This document shows positions 46,113 through 56,395 of a DNA stretch of 64,000 bases, piece after piece. Within the stretch, counting starts at the first letter, position 1; every line of letters begins with the position of its first letter. The position numbers and the translations under genes were made by a program. The DNA comes from an uncultured virus (IMG/VR IMGVR_UViG_3300040815_003350). Its lineage: Duplodnaviria; Heunggongvirae; Uroviricota; Caudoviricetes. Under the pieces are notes generated by a model. That model searched no databases and had not been told where the DNA came from. It saw only the letters and a program-made list of their open reading frames with translations. The stretch lies in the IMG/VR virus record IMGVR_UViG_3300040815_003350; one strand, written 5' to 3'.

Positions 46113-49100
46113 ATGCCCTCTACTTTCCAAATAGATAGACAACCAAAAGGAATATATTGTATTCCTTATCTTATGGCCCTTCCAGGCACAAATCCTGGTA
46201 AAGGTAGAATCTCTTTTGGACCTACATTAAAAGTAGATAGTATTAGTACTATTAAAGTTCATAAAACTAATAATTTAGGATTTGATTTTAGTGATGTTTT
46301 AGCCCTCCAACAAAGTGGTATAATCACCATATATGGTAAGAGTAATCCTGATATTTATGTTGTTTTAGAGTATGATTCTTCTGTTGACAATGGGGATTTT
46401 ATTACTTTAAACATAAAAAATACCACTAACCTTTCTACAGCAAAACGTCAACCCTTTAGAGATAAACTTGAAGTTTGTGTTAATTTTTTAGGTATTGGAG
46501 GAGATGGGGTAGAGGGTTCATCTGGTACTAGTGGCTCCTCAGGAAGAGATGGAAGCTCAGGGGCATCAGGCACCTCAGGATCATCAGGTACTTCAGGTTC
46601 TTCAGGCACATCGGGTTCTTCAGGTACCTCAGGTTCATCTGGCACATCTGGATCTTCAGGTACTTCTGGTATAGATGGATCCTCAGGTACTTCGGGCGTA
46701 AACGGTTCCTCAGGAAGTAGTGGAACCTCAGGTTCTTCAGGAACTAGTGGTTCATCAGGCACCTCTGGATCATCTGGTACTTCGGGTTCATCAGGCACCT
46801 CAGGATCATCTGGTACTTCGGGTTCATCAGGCACCTCAGGATCTAGTGGTACTTCGGGCTCATCAGGTACCTCAGGCTCATCAGGTACTAGTGGAAGTAG
46901 CGGTACTTCAGGTTCATCCGGCACTAGTGGTATTTCAGGTTTAAGTGGTTCTTCAGGTACTTCTGGTAGTAGTGGAACATCAGGTTCTTCGGGCACATCT
47001 GGCTCTTCGGGTACATCAGGTACTTCTGGTAGTTCAGGTACCTCAGGCTCAAGTGGCACTTCAGGTTCCTCAGGTACAAGTGGTTCTTCAGGTACCTCTG
47101 GATCAAGTGGTACTTCAGGGAGCAGTGGCACTTCTGGGTCATCTGGCACCTCAGGATCTAGTGGAACAAGTGGCTCATCGGGAACGAGTGGTAGTAGTGG
47201 AACGTCTGGTTCAAGTGGTACATCTGGCAGTTCTGGCACTTCAGGATCTTCAGGTACAAGTGGTTCATCTGGAACTTCCGGATTATCAGGTACCTCGGGC
47301 TCAAGCGGTACAAGTGGTAGCTCAGGTACTTCAGGCTCAAGTGGAACATCAGGTTCTTCAGGAACTTCTGGTAGTAGTGGAACTAGCGGTTCATCAGGTA
47401 CTTCAGGTTCATCTGGTACCTCTGGTAGCTCTGGTACTTCAGGATCATCTGGAACATCAGGTTCAAGCGGAACATCTGGTTCATCTGGTACAAGTGGCTC
47501 AAGCGGAACATCTGGATTATCAGGTACTTCAGGTTCAAGTGGAACCAGTGGTAGCTCAGGTACATCTGGCTCCTCAGGAACAAGTGGTAGTAGTGGTACA
47601 AGTGGAAGCTCTGGTACTTCAGGCTCTTCAGGTACAAGTGGCTCTTCAGGCACCTCAGGTTTATCTGGAACCTCAGGCTCATCTGGTACTTCAGGTTCAT
47701 CAGGTACTAGTGGCTCATCAGGAACATCAGGAAGTTCAGGTACAAGTGGTTCAAGCGGAACCTCTGGATCATCTGGCACTTCAGGAAGTAGTGGTACTAG
47801 TGGTTCCTCAGGCACTTCAGGCTCTAGCGGTACAAGTGGTAGTAGTGGTACCTCAGGTTCCTCAGGTACAAGTGGCTCTTCAGGTACTTCAGGGAGTAGT
47901 GGAACATCGGGTTCGTCTGGCACAAGTGGATCCTCTGGTACTTCAGGTTCATCAGGTACATCTGGATTTAGTGGCACCTCAGGCTCAAGTGGAACTAGTG
48001 GAAGTTCAGGTACTAGTGGCTCAAGTGGAACATCAGGTTCTTCGGGCACCTCCGGTAGCAGTGGAACTTCTGGTTCATCAGGGACCTCAGGATCAAGCGG
48101 AACATCAGGAAGTAGTGGAACATCGGGTTCTTCAGGTACTTCGGGTAGTAGCGGAACATCAGGCTCATCTGGAACTTCAGGGTCATCTGGTACAAGTGGT
48201 AGCTCCGGCACTTCGGGCTCATCTGGAACTTCGGGTTCAAGCGGCACCTCAGGTTCATCAGGAACCTCCGGCTCTAGTGGTACCTCTGGTTCATCAGGTA
48301 CTAGTGGAAGCTCAGGTACTTCAGGTAGTAGTGGTACTTCAGGTTTATCAGGTACCTCAGGTAGTTCGGGCACAAGTGGATCTTCAGGTACTTCTGGTAG
48401 TAGTGGAACCTCGGGTTCATCGGGTACTAGTGGGTCATCAGGTACATCTGGTAGCTCTGGTACCTCAGGTAGTAGTGGCACAAGTGGTAGCTCAGGAACA
48501 AGTGGTTCGTCAGGTACTTCAGGTTCAAGTGGTACTTCAGGCTCTTCAGGCACATCTGGTAGCTCTGGTACCTCCGGTTCTTCAGGCACATCAGGTTCCT
48601 CTGGCACCTCCGGTAGTAGTGGCACAAGTGGAAGCTCAGGCACAAGCGGTTCTTCAGGCACTAGTGGTTCATCTGGTACCTCAGGCTCATCAGGTACTAG
48701 TGGCAGTTCAGGAACATCCGGTTCAAGCGGAACATCAGGTTCATCTGGAACTTCTGGTAGCAGTGGTACCTCAGGTTCAAGTGGTACAAGCGGAAGTTCA
48801 GGAACTAGTGGCTCTTCAGGCACAAGTGGAAGTTCAGGTACTTCAGGTAGTAGTGGTACTTCAGGCTCGTCTGGAACAAGTGGATCATCAGGTACCTCAG
48901 GTTCATCAGGTACATCTGGATCATCTGGAACATCAGGCTCGTCTGGAACATCTGGTTCTTCAGGTACTAGTGGTAGCTCAGGAACATCTGGTTCGAGCGG
49001 TACATCAGGTTCATCTGGAACTTCAGGAAGTAGTGGCACAAGTGGCTCTTCAGGTACTTCAGGCTCAAGTGGCACTTCAGGAAGTTCAGGTACATCAGGT

Positions 49101-49637
49101 TCTTCAGGTACCTCAGGTAGCTCAGGTACATCGGGCTCAAGTGGAACATCAGGAAGCAGTGGTACATCCGGCTCAAGTGGTACTGCGGGATCATCAGGTA
49201 CTTCAATATTAGAAACTTGGAACCCCATAGCTTCCTTTAGTGATGGTACTTCAACATCATTTAGCGCTGGAATTAGTGTATCGAATTTTGATAGAGTTTA
49301 TATAGAAGGGATTGTTTTCTTAAGGGATACCTCTACAGGAGATGCTACAAGAATGGGAGTTACAATTGGGTTTAGATGTACAGCTATTACAGTAGCAGGA
49401 ATGAACCCAGAAGATTATTTATATGATATGGATATTTTATACTTCTCAGGAACACGTTACGATGGAACTACACAATATCCAGTATTAATAACAGAATTAC
49501 CAATAGGATTTAGTGATGCTAGTGGTGGGGGTGATATAACTTTTTATATAAAAAATAATATAGGATTTGATGTAAGAGGTAAATATTTATTACAAAATAG
49601 GTATTGGTCTAATCCTGGTGAAGTATATTCACCCTAA
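46113..49637 (+). CDS. Fibre-like protein with about 299 Gly-X-Y triplets (GTS-GSS)
   Basis: Globular N- and C-terminal domains flank the repeat. Promoter motif at 46082. Confidence 0.8.
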   Translation: MPSTFQIDRQPKGIYCIPYLMALPGTNPGKGRISFGPTLKVDSISTIKVHKTNNLGFDFSDVLALQQSGIITIYGKSNPDIYVVLEYDSSVDNGDFITLNIKNTTNLSTAKRQPFRDKLEVCVNFLGIGGDGVEGSSGTSGSSGRDGSSGASGTSGSSGTSGSSGTSGSSGTSGSSGTSGSSGTSGIDGSSGTSGVNGSSGSSGTSGSSGTSGSSGTSGSSGTSGSSGTSGSSGTSGSSGTSGSSGTSGSSGTSGSSGTSGSSGTSGSSGTSGISGLSGSSGTSGSSGTSGSSGTSGSSGTSGTSGSSGTSGSSGTSGSSGTSGSSGTSGSSGTSGSSGTSGSSGTSGSSGTSGSSGTSGSSGTSGSSGTSGSSGTSGSSGTSGSSGTSGLSGTSGSSGTSGSSGTSGSSGTSGSSGTSGSSGTSGSSGTSGSSGTSGSSGTSGSSGTSGSSGTSGSSGTSGSSGTSGLSGTSGSSGTSGSSGTSGSSGTSGSSGTSGSSGTSGSSGTSGSSGTSGLSGTSGSSGTSGSSGTSGSSGTSGSSGTSGSSGTSGSSGTSGSSGTSGSSGTSGSSGTSGSSGTSGSSGTSGSSGTSGSSGTSGSSGTSGSSGTSGSSGTSGFSGTSGSSGTSGSSGTSGSSGTSGSSGTSGSSGTSGSSGTSGSSGTSGSSGTSGSSGTSGSSGTSGSSGTSGSSGTSGSSGTSGSSGTSGSSGTSGSSGTSGSSGTSGSSGTSGSSGTSGSSGTSGLSGTSGSSGTSGSSGTSGSSGTSGSSGTSGSSGTSGSSGTSGSSGTSGSSGTSGSSGTSGSSGTSGSSGTSGSSGTSGSSGTSGSSGTSGSSGTSGSSGTSGSSGTSGSSGTSGSSGTSGSSGTSGSSGTSGSSGTSGSSGTSGSSGTSGSSGTSGSSGTSGSSGTSGSSGTSGSSGTSGSSGTSGSSGTSGSSGTSGSSGTSGSSGTSGSSGTSGSSGTSGSSGTSGSSGTSGSSGTSGSSGTSGSSGTSGSSGTSGSSGTSGSSGTSGSSGTSGSSGTAGSSGTSILETWNPIASFSDGTSTSFSAGISVSNFDRVYIEGIVFLRDTSTGDATRMGVTIGFRCTAITVAGMNPEDYLYDMDILYFSGTRYDGTTQYPVLITELPIGFSDASGGGDITFYIKNNIGFDVRGKYLLQNRYWSNPGEVYSP
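46515..49205 (+). repeat. Coding tandem repeat, 18-nt degenerate unit (GSSGTS)n
   Basis: Gly at every third codon over about 2.7 kb, with varied synonymous codons. Confidence 0.95.
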
Positions 49638-49650
49638 AATTAAAAAATAA

Positions 49651-50055
49651 ATGGCAAGCGTAAATCAAAATTTTACAAAATGGGAAGGTGACACATTTAT
49701 CATCCAATTCACAATAAATGATGCTGAAGAAGATTTATCTAATTATCAGGCATATTGGGCTTGTTCTCCTATTACAGCTTCATTAGCTCCTTCTTATGTA
49801 GATGGTAATAGTCCTAAAGCTATAGTAAAAACTACTACTGGAGATTATGGGAATATAGGAGGAATTGAATATCAAGCTACAGACAAATTTAGAGTTTCTA
49901 TAACTAAAGACGATACTCTTGATATAGCAGCTGATACCGGAAGTTTTTACCACGAACTAACTTTAGCTAAAAATGGTGGCAGTGATAGTGTAGTAGTTTC
50001 CTCAGGAACCTTTACAATGTTATTCCCATTATTCCCAGTAGGAAATAGATTATGA
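49651..50055 (+). CDS. Beta-rich adaptor-like protein (paralog of 53992-54411)
   Basis: NQNFTK..DTF..QF.I.D, AIVKTT.GD, YHELT and DSVV...GT.T are shared with the paralog. Confidence 0.7.
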   Translation: MASVNQNFTKWEGDTFIIQFTINDAEEDLSNYQAYWACSPITASLAPSYVDGNSPKAIVKTTTGDYGNIGGIEYQATDKFRVSITKDDTLDIAADTGSFYHELTLAKNGGSDSVVVSSGTFTMLFPLFPVGNRL

Positions 50056-50360
50056 GTGTTAATACCCCACAAGGAAACATTAATGTAAATCCTGAAGGGG
50101 TTGTTGAGGGTTTTGTAAACATTTTAGGGAATGCTAACCCAACATCTTCATTAGAAGGGACATATCAAATATATAAAATTGGAAATGCTCATACTGCTTC
50201 TTTACTACAAGGAAATATTGGAAATGTAGATTTACAAGTATTTAATGGTTTAGAAACATTTATAAATTTAACAGGCACGTATGACATAAGAATCTTAATT
50301 TATGCTGATAATACCAATATATACGCAGATAGAACAATAATAACAATAGATAGAATATAA
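50052..50360 (+). CDS. Small hypothetical structural protein
   Basis: ATGA coupling. The C-terminal D-x-T-x-I-x-x-D repeats resemble the end of 54418-54825. Confidence 0.65.
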   Translation: MSVNTPQGNINVNPEGVVEGFVNILGNANPTSSLEGTYQIYKIGNAHTASLLQGNIGNVDLQVFNGLETFINLTGTYDIRILIYADNTNIYADRTIITIDRI

Positions 50361-50366
50361 TAAGTC

Positions 50367-50996
50367 ATGGCCCAACAAAATATAAATACAGGTTCTAGTG
50401 CTAATAGTAACACAGGTGATCCTTTAAGAACATGTTTTATAAAAACAGAGGAAAACTTTACAGAACTTTATGATTCTTTAAATCCCCCTTTCCCATTCAC
50501 AGGTTCTGCTCAAATTACAGGTAGTTTAGGGGTTACAGGTAGCCTAACTTTAGAAGGCACAGATGGTATACTTACAGCTAACGAAATTTTTACCACAAAA
50601 GTCCAAACCCCATTTAATTCAGCTACTTCAAAAATAGAATTAACTTCAAATACTATTACACTTACAGCTAATAGTAAAGAATTTATAAAATTAGATTCTT
50701 CTACCTCACCCCGCACTATTACTATTAACCCTAATAATGAAAATATAGATTTTAGAGCTAGAGGACAAGCTGGAATAACTATACTTCATGTAGATGCTGG
50801 AACTGATAGAGTTGGGATTAGAACAACCTCTCCCCAAAAAGATTTACACGTAAATGGGGATATTCAAGCAAGTGAATATTATGGGGACATAACAGAAGGA
50901 GATCCTGAAGTAGCAGGACAATTTTTTCAAATAAGCAGTGAAGAATTAGGAGGAACTTCTCCTTATTACCAAGTAGTTTGCTTATCACAAGGATAA
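50367..50996 (+). CDS. Short fibre/baseplate protein, gp9/gp10-like N-terminus (paralog 1 of 5)
   Basis: INTGSSAN..TGD.LR..F.K...NF.ELY at the N-terminus and DP..AGQ...CLSQG at the C-terminus. Confidence 0.75.
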   Translation: MAQQNINTGSSANSNTGDPLRTCFIKTEENFTELYDSLNPPFPFTGSAQITGSLGVTGSLTLEGTDGILTANEIFTTKVQTPFNSATSKIELTSNTITLTANSKEFIKLDSSTSPRTITINPNNENIDFRARGQAGITILHVDAGTDRVGIRTTSPQKDLHVNGDIQASEYYGDITEGDPEVAGQFFQISSEELGGTSPYYQVVCLSQG

Positions 50997-50999
50997 ATT

Positions 51000-51677
51000 A
51001 TGGCTCAACAACATTTAAATACTGGTAGTAGTGCTAATGATGGGGCTGGAGATACTTTAAGAAGTGCTTTTGTAAAAACAGAGGAAAATTTTACAGATTT
51101 ATACACTAATATTAGAGGACCAGTTTTACCCAATTATACAGGTTCAGCTTTAATTACAGGTAGTTTAGGAACTACAGGAAGTATTCAAATTGAAGGAACA
51201 GGTAGTTTTCCGATTATTACTTTAGGAGTAGATCCTGGAGGAAGTGTTGAAAAAACAGGTTCTATAAAATTAATTGACAATTCATATCCTGAAGTTAGAT
51301 TTTCTAGAGAAAACAATAATTCTTATGAATATCTTAGACTTAATTTAAATTCTACTGAACAAATTGAATTGTTTGGGATTGTTGGCACTTCTACTAATAG
51401 AATCTTTTTTAATAAAAATAGTTCTTTAATACGTTCTGTTTTTAAAACTTCTACTAATGATAATACTTTATATTTTAGTAGTTTAAGAGCAGGAATAAAC
51501 AATTCTTCCCCATCAACCGAATTAGACATAACAGGAGAAGTCTCTTCCTCAGAATATTTTGCTACTTCTCTCCCTACATCTGATCCTAATAATGCGGGGC
51601 AATGGTTTACAACAAGTAGTAATGAAGTATTTGGGGATGGAAATGAAACTCCTATAATTTGTATATCTCAAGGTTAA
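51000..51677 (+). CDS. Short fibre/baseplate protein (paralog 2 of 5)
   Basis: LNTGSSANDGAGDTLRSAF at the N-terminus and PTSDP.NAGQW...ICISQG at the C-terminus. Confidence 0.75.
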   Translation: MAQQHLNTGSSANDGAGDTLRSAFVKTEENFTDLYTNIRGPVLPNYTGSALITGSLGTTGSIQIEGTGSFPIITLGVDPGGSVEKTGSIKLIDNSYPEVRFSRENNNSYEYLRLNLNSTEQIELFGIVGTSTNRIFFNKNSSLIRSVFKTSTNDNTLYFSSLRAGINNSSPSTELDITGEVSSSEYFATSLPTSDPNNAGQWFTTSSNEVFGDGNETPIICISQG

Positions 51678-51680
51678 TTC

Positions 51681-51689
51681 ATATTTATA
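51681..51689 (+). promoter_or_regulatory. Motif ATATTTATA
   Basis: Upstream of 51707. Confidence 0.7.
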
Positions 51690-51706
51690 ATAAATTACTT
51701 GGGTAA

Positions 51707-53971
51707 ATGGCTGAAGACTATACTAAAACAAATTATCCTGTTAAGGTACAACTTGACGCAAGCTCTCCCCCAACAACAGATCAAATTGTAGTTTGGGATA
51801 GTGGGAGTGAAAAGTTTGACTTAATTGATAGAGATAAACTTTCTGGGGCAGGATGTTTTAGCTATGACTTAAGTGATCTCTCGGGGGGAACTCCATCATC
51901 AGGTGAAATTACATTTGATAATACCAATGTTAGTACTATAACTGAAGTAACTGCTAGTTTAACTACCTTTAATTCATCTACTAATTTTATTTTATTAGGA
52001 TTACTTACTACCCAAAACTCATATTTCTCATTTACAGATGAAAATAATAATGCTGCAACTTGGGTAGCTTTCAATTTTACTGTTCCTGGTCCTAATACTG
52101 TAGGATTTAAGGTAAATAATAGCGTATACCCTGCTGGTGGTTTTAACTTCACACAAGGCCCAGGTATAGCATGTTGGACAGCCTCAGGTACAAGCGGTAC
52201 ATCAGGCTCAAGTGGTTCATCAGGTACCTCTGGCAGCAGTGGCACAAGTGGCAGTTCAGGCACTAGTGGATCATCAGGAACATCTGGTTCGAGCGGTACA
52301 TCAGGTTCATCTGGAACTTCTGGTAGCAGTGGTACCTCAGGTTCAAGTGGTACAAGCGGAAGTTCTGGGACTTCTGGATCAAGCGGAACATCAGGAAGTA
52401 GTGGTACTTCAGGCTCATCAGGTACTTCAGGCTCATCAGGTACTTCAGGCTCATCAGGTACTTCAGGCTCATCAGGTACTTCAGGCTCATCAGGTACTTC
52501 AGGCTCATCAGGAACATCAGGCTCATCAGGAACATCAGGCTCATCAGGTACTTCAGGAAGTAGTGGTACTTCAGGCTCATCAGGTACTTCAGGCTCATCA
52601 GGTACTTCAGGCTCATCAGGAACATCAGGTTCAAGCGGAACTAGTGGTTCATCAGGCTCATCAGGAACATCAGGTTCAAGCGGAACTAGTGGTTCATCAG
52701 GAACATCAGGCTCATCAGGTACTTCAGGCTCATCAGGTACTTCAGGAAGTAGTGGTACTTCAGGAAGTAGTGGTACTTCAGGCTCATCAGGTACCTCAGG
52801 TTCTTCAGGCACTTCTGGTAGCAGTGGCACAAGTGGGTCTTCAGGCACTTCAGGTTCCTCAGGAACTAGTGGCTCAAGTGGCACAAGCGGTAGCTCAGGC
52901 ACTTCAGGAAGTTCAGGCACATCAGGATCTAGTGGAACTTCCGGATCATCTGGTACTAGTGGCTCTAGTGGAACATCAGGTTCTTCGGGCACTTCTGGCA
53001 GTAGTGGTACATCAGGTTCCTCAGGCACAAGTGGAAGTTCAGGCACTAGTGGCTCAAGTGGAACATCAGGTTCCTCTGGCACTTCCGGTAGTAGTGGCAC
53101 TTCAGGAAGTTCAGGAACATCAGGTTCTTCAGGTACTAGTGGTTCATCAGGAACTTCGGGATCAAGTGGCACTTCAGGAAGTTCAGGTACTAGTGGTTCA
53201 TCAGGTACTTCAGGAAGTAGTGGTACTTCAGGTTCATCTGGAACAAGTGGAAGCTCGGGCACATCTGGCTCAAGCGGAACCTCAGGTTCTTCAGGCACAA
53301 GTGGTAGTAGTGGAACTTCTGGTTCATCTGGTACATCTGGTTCTTCAGGTACTTCAGGAAGTAGTGGTACTTCAGGCTCAAGTGGTACATCTGGATCATC
53401 TGGAACAAGTGGAAGTTCGGGTACAAGCGGTTCATCAGGTACCTCTGGCAGCAGTGGCACAAGTGGCAGCTCAGGCACTAGTGGTTCTTCTTATAAAGAA
53501 GTATTTTTTCAAAGATCTTCTGGTCTTACAAATAATAATAATAGTAATTCTAACCTAAATACTTTTTCCATAAATTTAGCTAGTTTTAGTGGTATAGTAG
53601 GTGATGTATTTGATATAACAGGAAAACTATATTTATCAATAGCTGGTGATCCTACATTTAACTACTATATTTCTTTCCAGTTTTCAGCAATCCCTATGAC
53701 AAGTGTTTCAGGAACACAGGTAAAAATAAGTGAAATTAGCATTTTAGAATATAAAGGAAGTAAACAGATTTACACATCCCCTTTTACAACGACTCCACTA
53801 ACATTAGATAAATGTGAAATTAAAACTTATTCTATAAACCAAACTATATTTAGAATTCAAGTAAATCCTTTCTTTGACAATATTAGTGCCTTAATACCGT
53901 GTTCTTATTTAATAGGAGTATATAAGTATGGGGATCCTAATGCTGGATACTCTTATCCCGATTTAGGTTAA
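51707..53971 (+). CDS. Fibre-like protein with about 145 Gly-X-Y triplets (GTS-GSS)
   Basis: Same repeat as 46113 but different terminal domains. Promoter motif at 51681. Confidence 0.8.
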   Translation: MAEDYTKTNYPVKVQLDASSPPTTDQIVVWDSGSEKFDLIDRDKLSGAGCFSYDLSDLSGGTPSSGEITFDNTNVSTITEVTASLTTFNSSTNFILLGLLTTQNSYFSFTDENNNAATWVAFNFTVPGPNTVGFKVNNSVYPAGGFNFTQGPGIACWTASGTSGTSGSSGSSGTSGSSGTSGSSGTSGSSGTSGSSGTSGSSGTSGSSGTSGSSGTSGSSGTSGSSGTSGSSGTSGSSGTSGSSGTSGSSGTSGSSGTSGSSGTSGSSGTSGSSGTSGSSGTSGSSGTSGSSGTSGSSGTSGSSGTSGSSGTSGSSGSSGTSGSSGTSGSSGTSGSSGTSGSSGTSGSSGTSGSSGTSGSSGTSGSSGTSGSSGTSGSSGTSGSSGTSGSSGTSGSSGTSGSSGTSGSSGTSGSSGTSGSSGTSGSSGTSGSSGTSGSSGTSGSSGTSGSSGTSGSSGTSGSSGTSGSSGTSGSSGTSGSSGTSGSSGTSGSSGTSGSSGTSGSSGTSGSSGTSGSSGTSGSSGTSGSSGTSGSSGTSGSSGTSGSSGTSGSSGTSGSSGTSGSSGTSGSSGTSGSSGTSGSSGTSGSSGTSGSSYKEVFFQRSSGLTNNNNSNSNLNTFSINLASFSGIVGDVFDITGKLYLSIAGDPTFNYYISFQFSAIPMTSVSGTQVKISEISILEYKGSKQIYTSPFTTTPLTLDKCEIKTYSINQTIFRIQVNPFFDNISALIPCSYLIGVYKYGDPNAGYSYPDLG
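52187..53491 (+). repeat. Coding tandem repeat (GSSGTS)n
   Basis: Includes near-perfect TCAGGCTCATCAGGTACT units around 52408-52800. Confidence 0.95.
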
Positions 53972-53979
53972 TATTTATA
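53971..53979 (+). promoter_or_regulatory. Motif ATATTTATA
   Basis: Upstream of 53992. Confidence 0.7.
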
Positions 53980-53991
53980 AATAAAAATATC

Positions 53992-54411
53992 ATGGCAACA
54001 TTAAATCAAGATTTTACTAAATTTTTAGAAGACACTTTTGTTCTTCAATTTAATATCACGGATTCTTCGACAACATTAAGTAATTATAGTGCCTTTTGGT
54101 CCTGTCAAAAAATTAATGGTAGGAATGAACTTGCTAAGTTAGCAATAGTAAAAACCACCTCTGGAGACTTTGCTAATTCAGGTAGTATAGGATATCAAGA
54201 TTTTAACATATTTAATGTTTATATTTCATCAAGTGATTTTCTCCGAAAAGGTGGGGGTGGTGGTGGTACAGCTAATATTAATGCTGATCTTGTAACTGGA
54301 AGTTACTATCATGAATTAACTGTAGAACCCCCAACAGGAACAGATAGTGTTGTAATAGCTAGAGGAACTATGACTCTTGTAGATGCTTTATTCCCTGATG
54401 ATTATAGATAA
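53992..54411 (+). CDS. Beta-rich adaptor-like protein (paralog of 49651-50055)
   Basis: Shared motifs with the paralog. Promoter motif at 53971. Confidence 0.7.
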   Translation: MATLNQDFTKFLEDTFVLQFNITDSSTTLSNYSAFWSCQKINGRNELAKLAIVKTTSGDFANSGSIGYQDFNIFNVYISSSDFLRKGGGGGGTANINADLVTGSYYHELTVEPPTGTDSVVIARGTMTLVDALFPDDYR

Positions 54412-54417
54412 AAATTA

Positions 54418-54825
54418 ATGACATTTTATGATCATAATAAACTTTTAGGAAGAACTCAAGACCCCGCATCTTTAGCAAGCTATCTGACTTCGCAGTCTCT
54501 TGGTAAAGATGATGTTATAGTTCCTTTAACTGCTAATCCTCTAGTTGGAATTCCTGGGCGTAAAATTAGTATGAGTGTAGTTCCTTTTAATATTACAACA
54601 AAACTAACTTCTTCTACTATTACAGGTTACAAAGAATATATACCACTTGGGGGTCAAATTACTCCATCTTTTTTAATACTTCCCCTTGAAACATTAACCC
54701 AATCACTTGATGCTAGTATCTCTCAATCTTTTACTGTATCTTATCCTAATAAACTAGATAGTTTAACAATAGATTTTTCTAGAATTACAGTTGATTCCTT
54801 AAGTGTAACAACAGATCAAACTTAA
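54418..54825 (+). CDS. Small hypothetical structural protein
   Basis: Positional equivalent of 50052-50360, with a similar D/T/I-repeat C-terminus. Confidence 0.6.
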   Translation: MTFYDHNKLLGRTQDPASLASYLTSQSLGKDDVIVPLTANPLVGIPGRKISMSVVPFNITTKLTSSTITGYKEYIPLGGQITPSFLILPLETLTQSLDASISQSFTVSYPNKLDSLTIDFSRITVDSLSVTTDQT

Positions 54826-54830
54826 ATATT

Positions 54831-55616
54831 ATGCCCTTACTCCAAATAAACACAGGTTCACTTGCTAATGATGGAACAGGAGATACTTTAAGAACCGCTA
54901 TAGCTAAAACTAATGCCAATTTTTTATATCTATCAAGTAGTATTGCTGCTAAAGGATTCCCACATACTATTGCTAAAGGTAGGGCTATAATTTCCGGAAG
55001 CTTTGTCCTTACAGGAAGTATTAGTAGTAGTGGGGATTTACAAGTAGGAGATGTATATGCCGATAATATAACTATGAAAGGGGGGTTTAAAGCTAATGGT
55101 AGCGTAAGGACAGATACTTTACATGTTAATTATTTAACAGCTTCTGATGATTATTACGAAGATGTTGATGAACCTTATGGCCGCCCTCCAACTCTTAGGT
55201 TAAGTGGTTCAGGAGATGAAGCTCCTTCAGTTATATCCCTTGATATTTGGGGGATTCCTGCTTGGAGACTTCAAGCTAATACTATGTCACTTGCTCCCGC
55301 TGATTTAATATATCCCCTCCCAACAGTTGGTCCAAAAGGTGGGAGTTTTTCAGTTAGTAGCGTTATGTTTTCGACTGGAGATGCTTCTAGAGGTCCTTTT
55401 GAAGTAAAATTTTTCAGCACCAATGATGGGGGTGCCGAATCTACTAGAGTTGGATTAGGTTCGCCTGTTTCTGATAACGAATTCTTCCGTCTTGGTAATA
55501 CTAGCATATTAAAAGCCAAACAATATGTTTTTCCTGGCGTAACTACAACATCAAACGCTAACAATATGTTAAAATATAAAAATTTTGGAGGAACAAAAGT
55601 CTGCTTATCTCACTAA
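54831..55616 (+). CDS. Short fibre/baseplate protein (paralog 3 of 5)
   Basis: INTGSLANDGTGDTLRTAI.K.N.NF at the N-terminus; ends in VCLSH. Confidence 0.75.
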   Translation: MPLLQINTGSLANDGTGDTLRTAIAKTNANFLYLSSSIAAKGFPHTIAKGRAIISGSFVLTGSISSSGDLQVGDVYADNITMKGGFKANGSVRTDTLHVNYLTASDDYYEDVDEPYGRPPTLRLSGSGDEAPSVISLDIWGIPAWRLQANTMSLAPADLIYPLPTVGPKGGSFSVSSVMFSTGDASRGPFEVKFFSTNDGGAESTRVGLGSPVSDNEFFRLGNTSILKAKQYVFPGVTTTSNANNMLKYKNFGGTKVCLSH

Positions 55617-55631
55617 ATAAAAACCAACCCA

Positions 55632-56384
55632 ATGTCTCTTCAAATTATATACTCAGGATCACAAGGTAATGATGGTACTGGAACTTTACTTAGGATAGCT
55701 TGTCAAGAAATTAATTCTAATATTAATTTTTTATCCCAAAGTGTTTTAGATTATTCTTTTCCTTACACCGGTTCTGGTCTAATTAAAGAAGATTTACAAA
55801 TAACAGGAAGTATCACTGGTTCAGGATACCAAGTAAATAAACTTAGAGCTAATAGATTATTTGCTTCTTCTATACTTTCAGCTTCCCAGGATATAACTAT
55901 GCCTAATGATGAACGCCTTGCTGTTAATAAATTAGCGTCAGCAGTTGATCCTACTACCTATATCCAATTTACTCCTCAAGGAGAAGATCCTATGGGAACT
56001 TATTACTTTTATGCGGAAAATACTTTGTACCTAAAAACCCAGTTAGGTTCAGTCCTTGTAAACCCAGAACGTCAACCTTTTTTATTTCATGTAGGGGGGT
56101 TTGAAAATCTTGAAGGAAGAGGTTTTATTATAAATTGTGGTCCTACTGATGAAGAACAATACATCAGCATAACATCAGATAGCACTATTGTATCTCCTGA
56201 AGGTTATGCTTTACATGTTGATGGTACCGGTATTACGAGTTTCCAGAGAGTAGCTAGTCTTGGAAAATCAATAATAGTAGACGAAGTTCCAACTTCTGAC
56301 CCTTCGGTAACAGGACAACTTTATACACAAACTGCTACTCAAATAGGAGGTACTGGAAATTATGTAGTTTTATGTATATCTTAA
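55632..56384 (+). CDS. Short fibre/baseplate protein (paralog 4 of 5)
   Basis: SGSQGNDGTGTLLR..IN.N at the N-terminus and PTSDPSVTGQLY...LCIS at the C-terminus. Confidence 0.75.
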   Translation: MSLQIIYSGSQGNDGTGTLLRIACQEINSNINFLSQSVLDYSFPYTGSGLIKEDLQITGSITGSGYQVNKLRANRLFASSILSASQDITMPNDERLAVNKLASAVDPTTYIQFTPQGEDPMGTYYFYAENTLYLKTQLGSVLVNPERQPFLFHVGGFENLEGRGFIINCGPTDEEQYISITSDSTIVSPEGYALHVDGTGITSFQRVASLGKSIIVDEVPTSDPSVTGQLYTQTATQIGGTGNYVVLCIS

Positions 56385-56395
56385 TTTTTAACTAA

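Noticed and set aside
46448..49228. Long antisense (PEVPEE)n ORF and alternate-frame (QVHQVL)n ORFs over the repeats, also at 51862-53478, 52212-53558, 58915-60609 and 59742-60695
   Set aside because: These are shadows of a low-complexity coding repeat that lacks stops in other frames. They have no promoter or start context, and the synonymous variation follows the Gly-Thr-Ser frame.
52408..52800. Regular short direct repeats resembling a CRISPR array
   Set aside because: There are no unique spacers; the units are in-frame codon repeats inside a CDS.
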